From assembly GCF_000012805.1 (NCBI RefSeq), contig NC_007484.1:1650001-1682000 (forward strand): a stretch of 32,000 bases of DNA. The letters are read 5' to 3'. A program made the translations under genes and the position numbers. Numbering within the stretch: position 1 is the first letter of the stretch; each line of letters starts with the position of its first letter. Positions 16,762 through 22,298 of the stretch are shown here, piece after piece. Source of the DNA: Nitrosococcus oceani ATCC 19707 (lineage in GTDB: Bacteria; Pseudomonadota; Gammaproteobacteria; Nitrosococcales; Nitrosococcaceae). The notes below the pieces were generated by a model, which searched no databases, had not been told where the DNA came from, and saw only the letters and a program-made list of their open reading frames with translations.

Positions 16762-18267
16762 ATGAGTCCTAAGCTTTCTTCCCGTGGTTTAGAAGAAAAA
16801 CGCACCCTTTGGATCGTGCTGGCTATCGTGCTCCTGTTTGCCCCTTTGTTTCGGGCCGGGAACAGGCCACTACCCCTGATGATCCTGGAGTTGGCGGCCT
16901 TGGTGCTGCTCGCTCTATTTTGGATTCAGTGGAAAAAACAGCGGTCCATCAGCGTTGCCGAGACCGTCATGGTGGGGGGGATTTTGCTTATCCCCTTACT
17001 CCAGCTCATCCCTTTGCCCCCACAATTCTGGGCCGAGTTTCTCCCCGGGCGGGCCTTTTACGCCGACGGGCTTCGCCATGCCCTGGGGGAGCAATTTTTT
17101 TCCGGGCACTGGCGTCCCCTGGCCCTCATTCCCTCCTACGGAGAGGCCGCCTGGCTAGCCTTGCTTCCTCCGGTGGCGGTTTTTCTGGCCGTCCGGAGTT
17201 TGTCTTCTCAGCAGCTACAGAGGCTGATCTATTTATTTTTAGCCATGGCTACGTTCCAGGCCGTGCTGGGGTTAATTCAATACGGCGCGGGTCCAGAAAG
17301 CATCTTTCGTTTAGGCAATCAACATTATAGAGACAGCGCGGTAGGCACGTATGTCAGCCGCAATCACCTGGCGGGCCTGCTGGAAATGGCCTTGCCCCTT
17401 GCCCTGGCGCTCCTTATGGCGACGGTGGGGCAATCATCCCAACTTGCCTATCAGCGGGGGGGATGGCGCCAGCGCCTGCTAGCCTGGGGCAACCGGCGGG
17501 GCAATCGTTCCATGCTGTATGCCGCCATAGCCCTGGTGATTTTGCTGGGTATCATATTTACCCGTTCCCGGGCGGGTATTCTGTTGGCCATGGTGGGACT
17601 CTTTCTAAGTTTTCTGGCCTTTGCGGGAAAAATTGGCAATCGAAAAACCTACGGTACAGTGGGGGTGCTCGTCTTCGCGGGGTCGATACTAGCGATAGAA
17701 ATTGGGCTTGCCCCGGTCTTCAATCGTTTCGCGGCCTTGGATGAGCCCATGCAAGAGGGGCGTTGGGGGATTTTTTCCGGGACACTGGGCGCCATTGGCG
17801 AGTTTTTTCCTGTTGGAAGCGGCAGTGGAAGTTTCGCGGCAGTCTTCCAACGTTTTCAGCCGGCGGATTTCGTGGGTGGATTCGTTCACCGGGCGCACAA
17901 TGATTATCTGGAGTGGCTCCTGGTAGGCGGGTTACCGGTTGCCGTCCTTATTATCGCCGGCCTTTTGCTCTACTTTTGGCAGTGGTTCAAAGTCTGGCGT
18001 GGTAACCATGATTCCAGCTTCTCTTTTATTCAGATAGGAGCGGGGATAGGGCTGCTCCTGCTGCTGCTCCATACCCTGGTGGACTTTAATCTCCATATTC
18101 CCGCCAACGCTATTTTTTTTGCTTTTCTCCTGGGAATCTTTTTTCATCCGCCAAAAGCGCGGGAGCGCAGGCGGCAAAAAGAAACAATATTGTCAGTGGC
18201 AGAGGCCATGCCCTTGAAGCTGCGGGAAATACCACCGGAAAATCAGGTCAATCCTTTTGCTGGATGA
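16762..18267 (+). CDS. O-antigen ligase / Wzy_C family polytopic membrane protein
   Basis: 501 aa with about 10-12 TM helices. Signature loop HRAHNDYLEWLLVGGLP, typical of the O-antigen ligase family. Confidence 0.8.
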   Translation: MSPKLSSRGLEEKRTLWIVLAIVLLFAPLFRAGNRPLPLMILELAALVLLALFWIQWKKQRSISVAETVMVGGILLIPLLQLIPLPPQFWAEFLPGRAFYADGLRHALGEQFFSGHWRPLALIPSYGEAAWLALLPPVAVFLAVRSLSSQQLQRLIYLFLAMATFQAVLGLIQYGAGPESIFRLGNQHYRDSAVGTYVSRNHLAGLLEMALPLALALLMATVGQSSQLAYQRGGWRQRLLAWGNRRGNRSMLYAAIALVILLGIIFTRSRAGILLAMVGLFLSFLAFAGKIGNRKTYGTVGVLVFAGSILAIEIGLAPVFNRFAALDEPMQEGRWGIFSGTLGAIGEFFPVGSGSGSFAAVFQRFQPADFVGGFVHRAHNDYLEWLLVGGLPVAVLIIAGLLLYFWQWFKVWRGNHDSSFSFIQIGAGIGLLLLLLHTLVDFNLHIPANAIFFAFLLGIFFHPPKARERRRQKETILSVAEAMPLKLREIPPENQVNPFAG

Positions 18268-18280
18268 GTTTTAAGTTTAA

Positions 18281-19333
18281 ATGGCCGCCCATGATGCTTC
18301 CTATAAAAGGCTGTTTTCCCACCCCGAGATGGTAAGAGATCTGCTGCAAGGTTTTGTGCGGGAACCCTGGGTTCAGCAGCTGGATTTTTCTACCCTGGAG
18401 AAAGTCAGCGGCAGCTACGTGACGGATGATTTAAGGGAGCGGGAAGACGATATTATCTGGCGCCTCCGCCATCAGGAGGGTTGGATGTATATCTACCTGT
18501 TGCTGGAGTTCCAATCCACGGTAGACCCCTATATGGCGGTAAGAGTGCTGGCCTATGTGGGTTTACTCTATCAGGACCTGATTAAAGCTCGGTATATCGC
18601 GCCCAATCAGAAATTGCCGCCGGTCTTTCCATTGGTACTTTACAACGGTGGCCCGCGCTGGAGGGCGGCGACGGAGGTCGGTGACCTGATAACGCCGTTA
18701 GAGGGCGGGTTGGAACGTTACCGTCCTAGTCTACGCTATCTTTTAGTCGACGAAGGCGATTACCAGGACGAAGCGCTCGCGCCATTGAAAAACCTGGTTG
18801 CGAGTTTATTTCGCTTAGAGAACAGCCGGACCCCGGAGGAGCTCTTACAGGTTTTGCGGAACTTGCTACAATGGTTACAAAGCCCGGCGCAGAAGGGGCT
18901 GGAGCGTGATTTTACGCTCTGGCTGAAGCGGGTGTTATTACCGGCCCGTCTGCCCGGTGTGGAAATTCCTTCCGTTGCCAGCTTAGAGGAGATGAACAGC
19001 ATGTTAGCCGAACGCGTGGTGGAATGGACCCAGCAGTGGAAGCAAGAAGGTATTCAAGAGGGTATTCAGCAGGGTATTCAAGAGGGTATTCAGCAGGGTA
19101 TTCAAGAGGGCATTCAGCAGGGTATTCAAGAGGGCATTCAGCAGGGTATTCAAGAAGGTATTCAGCAAGGCGAAACCCAAGTTTTGCGCCGACTGCTTGC
19201 TCGCCGTTTTGGTCCTTTGCCCGAGTGGGTGGAAGCTCGTCTCCAAGCAGCGGATACCGCTGCCCTGGAAGAATGGGCCGAGCGGGTGTTGGAGGCAGCG
19301 ACTTTGGATGGGGTCTTTCAAGAAAAACCCTAA
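18281..19333 (+). CDS. Rpn-family (YhgA-like, PD-(D/E)XK) recombination-promoting nuclease / putative transposase with DUF4351-like C-terminal domain
   Basis: N-terminal HDASYKRLFSHPEMVRDLL...DIIWRL...YIYLLLEFQSTVDPYMAVRVLAY, typical of Rpn/YhgA nucleases. C-terminal ...LLARRFGPLPEWVEARLQAADTAALEEWAERVL. Contains 10 in-frame GIQE/GIQQ repeats. Confidence 0.85.
   Translation: MAAHDASYKRLFSHPEMVRDLLQGFVREPWVQQLDFSTLEKVSGSYVTDDLREREDDIIWRLRHQEGWMYIYLLLEFQSTVDPYMAVRVLAYVGLLYQDLIKARYIAPNQKLPPVFPLVLYNGGPRWRAATEVGDLITPLEGGLERYRPSLRYLLVDEGDYQDEALAPLKNLVASLFRLENSRTPEELLQVLRNLLQWLQSPAQKGLERDFTLWLKRVLLPARLPGVEIPSVASLEEMNSMLAERVVEWTQQWKQEGIQEGIQQGIQEGIQQGIQEGIQQGIQEGIQQGIQEGIQQGETQVLRRLLARRFGPLPEWVEARLQAADTAALEEWAERVLEAATLDGVFQEKP
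19049..19168 (+). repeat. In-frame tandem repeat, 10 x 12 bp (5 x 24 bp), GGTATTCAAGAG/GGTATTCAGCAG, encoding (GIQE-GIQQ)5
   Basis: Counted directly: units start at 19049, 19061, ... 19157. The paralogous fragment at 21883-21918 has only 3 units. Confidence 0.95.
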
Positions 19334-19346
19334 ACGCAGACCGCGG

Positions 19347-19530
19347 TGTCCCCTCTCCCCTTACCGGGTGAGAGAGAACGAGAGAGAAATCTAATGCCCC
19401 TCTCCCTCTTGCGGGGGAAGGCGAGGGAGAAAAATCTAGTCCCTTTCCCCTTGCAGGGTGGGAAAAGGCGAGGGAGAAGAATCTAATGTCCCTCTCCCCC
19501 TTGCAGGGGGAGAGGGTGAGGGTGAGGGGG
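19347..19530. repeat. Array A: four tandem ~45-49-bp hairpin repeats (CCCCTCTCCCC-TTGCA-GGGGGAGAGGG type) ending in a G-run tract
   Basis: Units start at about 19347, 19396, 19441 and 19488. Each has a C/T-rich arm, a short loop, a G/A-rich arm and an AATCTAAT linker. The last unit ends GGGGGAGAGGGTGAGGGTGAGGGGG (19506-19530). There are no unique spacers. Confidence 0.9.
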
Positions 19531-19784
19531 TTAAACAAAATTTGGTTCGAGCTAAAAAATATGTTGTCGAACGCAACTTTACGTTTTATTCCCTTGGGGA
19601 GGTAAACGAGGTTCTCCTCTTATCCCTGGGAAAGAGAATAATGGGGGTCGGTGCGGCACGCCTGGCGAGCCTGTGAAGAGAAAGAAAATCTCTTCCTTGT
19701 TTCAATCCCCGGAAAGTTTTAAATCTAAATTTAACCCTTAAAATCTTAAAATTTCCATTGAGGGATATCGATGTTAATCGAATA

Positions 19785-21240
19785 CATTGAAGGAATACAG
19801 GGATGTATGACGACCCCCCAGCGAGCGTGCGAAGTGAAACTTTGCTGCGAGCGCGAGGGCAAGGTAAAGTGACGTTTGCGGCGGGCAAAATTCGCGGTAT
19901 CATTAAGGGCGCGGCTAGACAGTGTTGGAAGCACTACCTAGCCACTTGCCACCGACCCAATGAGAAAAGCATTGAGGCCATGACCGAGCACGATTCTACC
20001 ACTGTTCAGCGGTCCTATACATTCCGCTTCTACCCCACGAGTGTCCAGCGCCAGCAACTGGCTATGGAATTCGGCCATGCCCGGTGGGTATGGAACACCT
20101 GTCTGACCTGGCGGGGCCGTCAATATAGGGTACATGACAAGCGCGTGACTGGCGTTGATTTTAGCCGCCAGCTCACGTTCCTCAAAGGGTTAGGCCCGTA
20201 CGCTTGGCTCAAGGAGGCCAGCGCCACCTGCCTGATCCAAAAGCTCAGGGACCAGGACACGGCCTTCAGGCATTTTTTTGCGGGGCGAGCGAAGTATCCC
20301 CGTTTCAAAAAAAGAACGCATACCCAAAGCATCCGCTATCAACTCGATCAACGTCAGGTAGCAGGCATGTATCGAGCGGGCGAGTTTCTTAAATTGCCCA
20401 AACTCGGGGCACTCAAGCTCAAGTGGTCCCGCAAGCCCCAGGGCATCCCCAAGATGGTGACGGTCACCCAGGATTGCGTCGGCCGTTATTGTGTTTCGTT
20501 CATGTGCGAGGAAACCCTCCAACCCCTACCGCGAAAGCCAAACGGTATCGGTGTTGATTTAGGGGTGTGCGATGTGGTGGTGACCTCCGAGGGCTGGAAG
20601 TCCGGTAATCCTCGGCACCTACGCACGCATACCCGGCAACTCAGAAAAACCCAGCGCAGGCTATCCCGCAAGCGTAAGAGCAGTGTTCGTTGGCATCGTC
20701 AGCGGATACGGGTTGCTAAAGCTCATGCCAGGGTGAGCAATACCCGCCAGGATTGGCTGCACAAGCTCACCACGGCGCTGATTCGCCAGGCGGGGTTCAT
20801 TGCCATGGAAACGCTCAACGTCAGGGGCATGATGGCCAATAGACGGCTATCCAAGGCGTTGGGCGATGTGGGGATGCATGAACTCAAGCGGCAAATGGAA
20901 TACAAGGCTAAGTGGTATGGCCGCGAGTTTAGGCAAGTAGACCGCTGGGCGCCCACCAGTAAAACGTGCTCGGTGTGTGGCGCAGTGCAAAAAGCCATGC
21001 CGCTCAAGGTCCGCGAGTGGACCTGCCCGGACTGCCAAACAGCCCATGACCGCGACATCAACGCGGCCAGAAATATTTTAATTTTAGCTACCGGCGGGAG
21101 GCCGGGAAGTCATGCGCGTGGAGGAGTATACCAACCGGCGGCGGCTTATGGCTGCTAAAGGACTCCATGGAAACGCGAATTGCAGCAAGGCGAGTGAGCT
21201 TGTCTGGAACAAGCGAACGAGACTTAGCCGCAAACTCCAA
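19785..21240 (+). mobile_element. tnpB-only IS200/IS605-family (IS1341-type) element; parent family of the miniature copies
   Basis: The left boundary is set where homology among the three copies begins (CATTGA/G motif). The right boundary is set where homology ends (AAACTCCAA, 21232-21240). The flanks reconstruct a hicB reading frame. No tnpA. Confidence 0.8.
19980..21158 (+). CDS. tnpB: TnpB (IS1341-type) RNA-guided endonuclease, catalytic residues intact
   Basis: Likely start MTEHDSTTVQRSYTFRFYPT (ATG 19980). The track ORF start at 19803 reads through the non-coding left end. RuvC-I IGVDLGV, RuvC-II IAMETLNVRGM, Zn finger CSVCG...CPDCQ, RuvC-III HDRDINAARNI. Confidence 0.92.
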   Translation: MTEHDSTTVQRSYTFRFYPTSVQRQQLAMEFGHARWVWNTCLTWRGRQYRVHDKRVTGVDFSRQLTFLKGLGPYAWLKEASATCLIQKLRDQDTAFRHFFAGRAKYPRFKKRTHTQSIRYQLDQRQVAGMYRAGEFLKLPKLGALKLKWSRKPQGIPKMVTVTQDCVGRYCVSFMCEETLQPLPRKPNGIGVDLGVCDVVVTSEGWKSGNPRHLRTHTRQLRKTQRRLSRKRKSSVRWHRQRIRVAKAHARVSNTRQDWLHKLTTALIRQAGFIAMETLNVRGMMANRRLSKALGDVGMHELKRQMEYKAKWYGREFRQVDRWAPTSKTCSVCGAVQKAMPLKVREWTCPDCQTAHDRDINAARNILILATGGRPGSHARGGVYQPAAAYGC

Positions 21241-21256
21241 GAGGAAGCTCTTAATA
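21088..21256 (+). ncRNA. Candidate TnpB omega-RNA (reRNA): scaffold 21088-21240 plus flank-derived guide from 21241
   Basis: This position (3' end of tnpB through the right end) is where TnpB omega-RNAs are known to be encoded. It is the only part of the tnpB region retained in the tnpB-less copies (core GGCCGGGAAGT(C/G)ATGC(G/C)CGTGGAGG). The 5' end and guide length are not determinable here. Confidence 0.5.
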
Positions 21257-21470
21257 GAGCCCACTATGAAATGATTGAAGACGATGAACCTTACTATGGA
21301 GAAATAAAGGAACTTCGAGGGATTTGGGCAACTGGAAAAACATTAGAGGAATGCCGACGTAATCTTAAAGATGCCATTGAGGGGTGGCTCTTATTAAGTA
21401 TTAGGAGGGGGTTACCGGTCCCAAAATTAGGCGACTATGAAATCAAGGAAGGCGAGGATGTCATGGCATA

Positions 21471-21687
21471 ATGCCCCGGCTAACTCCGGTTTCTTCTAAG
21501 GAGCTTATAAAGCGACTGAAGATTCTAGGATTTCAAGGGCTTTATACCGGCGGCAAGCACTTATACATGATCAAGGGTGAGCTGAGGCTGACCATACCGA
21601 ACCCACATAAAGATTAGTGCAGGTTTACTAAGAAGAATTCTTAGGCAAGCAAACATAAATCGTGACGACTGGCTGAAACTCAAGTAA
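21471..21687 (+). pseudogene. hicA: hicA-family toxin gene, frameshifted
   Basis: The ATG overlaps the hicB stop (TAATG, 21469-21473). It reads MPRLTPVSSKELIKRLKILGFQGLYTGGKHLYMIKGELRLTIPNPHKD* (stop 21615-21617). The expected C-terminus ISAGLLRRILRQANINRDDWLKLK* continues in the +1 frame (21613-21687). Confidence 0.7.
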
Positions 21688-21735
21688 ACGTGAAGGATGT
21701 GTACCCATGATGCGTTCCTCACCGCTTAGAGTTTA

Positions 21736-22083
21736 GAGCGTGATTTTACGCTCTGGCTGAAGCGGGTGTTACTACCGGCCCGTCTGCCCGGTGTGGAAAT
21801 TCCTTCCGTTGCCAGCTTAGAGGAGATGAACAGCATGTTAGCCGAACGCGTGGTGGAATGGACCCAGCAGTGGAAGCAAGAAGGTATTCAAGAGGGTATT
21901 AAAGAAGGCATTCAGCAAGGCGAAACCCAAGTTTTGCGCCGACTGCTTGCTCGCCGTTTTGGGTCTTTGCCCGAGTGGGTGGAAGCTCGTCTCCAAGCAG
22001 CGGATACCGCTGCCCTGGAAGAATGGGCCGAGCGGGTGTTGGAGGCAGCGACTTTGGATGAGGTCTTTCAAGAAAAACCCTAA
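21736..22083 (+). pseudogene. 3' fragment of an rpn paralogue (DUF4351-like C-terminal domain only); possibly still expressed as a small protein from 21835
   Basis: Aligns to 18902-19333 with 4 substitutions counted over about 310 non-repeat nt, and has 3 rather than 10 GIQ units. An in-frame TAG (21727-21729) lies just upstream. It retains the internal GAGGAG-N9-ATG (ATG 21835). Confidence 0.75.
21883..21918 (+). repeat. Short version (3 x 12 bp) of the GIQE/GIQQ tandem repeat
   Basis: GGTATTCAAGAG GGTATTAAAGAA GGCATTCAGCAA; compare 19049-19168. Confidence 0.9.
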
Positions 22084-22094
22084 CGTAGACCACA

Positions 22095-22231
22095 GTGTCC
22101 CCTCTCCCCTTGCAGGGGGTAAGCGCGAGAGAGAAATCTAATGCCCCTCTCCCTCTTGCAGGGGGTAAGCGCGAGAGAGAAATCTAATATCCCTCTCCCC
22201 CTTGCAGGGGGAGAGGGTAAGGGTGAGGGGG
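22095..22231. repeat. Array B: three tandem ~47-bp hairpin repeats of the same family as array A
   Basis: Units start at about 22095, 22143 and 22189. The first two are nearly identical (CCCCTCTCCC..TTGCAGGGGGTAAGCGCGAGAGAGAAATCTAAT). The last ends GGGGGAGAGGGTAAGGGTGAGGGGG (22207-22231). Confidence 0.9.
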
Positions 22232-22298
22232 TTTATGGATATAAAAGAAACGGATGAGAGATTAAGAAAATATCCTTTCTAACAGATCTGGAAGGACA

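Larger units (their letters stand above)
19771..21471 (+). pseudogene. hicB: hicB-family antitoxin gene interrupted after codon 5-7 by the IS1341-type element
   Basis: 5' piece: GAGGG-N6-ATG TTA ATC GAA TAC (ATT GAA) at 19760-19791. 3' piece from 21241: EEALNRAHYEMIEDDEPYYGEIKELRGIWATGKTLEECRRNLKDAIEGWLLLSIRRGLPVP... (HicB/UPF0150-like). Joining at 19785, 19788 or 19791 to 21241 is in frame. The track start at 21112 lies inside the tnpB 3' end. Confidence 0.75.

Noticed and set aside
19347-19530. Possible CRISPR array, seen as regularly spaced palindromic repeats (also at 22095-22231).
   Set aside because: The roughly 47-bp units are contiguous, with no unique spacers between them. Repeats diverge from unit to unit, and no cas genes or leader are present. 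This is better described as a tandem hairpin (REP/BIME-like) array.
18912-19538. 208-aa minus-strand ORF, plus overlapping ORFs 19004..19321(-) and 19024..19371(+).
   Set aside because: They are created by the 12-bp tandem repeat and the hairpin arrays. They overlap the rpn CDS and have repetitive, nonsensical composition.
19803-19979. N-terminal 59 codons of the tnpB-2 ORF in the track.
   Set aside because: This region is the conserved non-coding left end shared with the tnpB-less copies. TnpB homologues start at the ...YTFRFYPT segment, which follows ATG 19980.
19785-21240. IStron-like (self-splicing group I intron plus IS) interpretation. The element sits inside hicB in the sense orientation and shows left-end/right-end pairing.
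   Set aside because: The right end does not terminate in a conserved G. The left end (about 195 nt) is short for a group I core, and I cannot identify P3-P8 or P7 elements by eye. The idea is left as a remote alternative to be tested with an intron covariance model.
21112-21240. N-terminal extension of the hicB ORF as given in the track (start 21112, or the ATG at 21142).
   Set aside because: This stretch is the tnpB 3' end and the element's right end, and it is homologous to the miniature copies. The HicB-like sequence begins only at 21241, so the extension is a by-product of the insertion.
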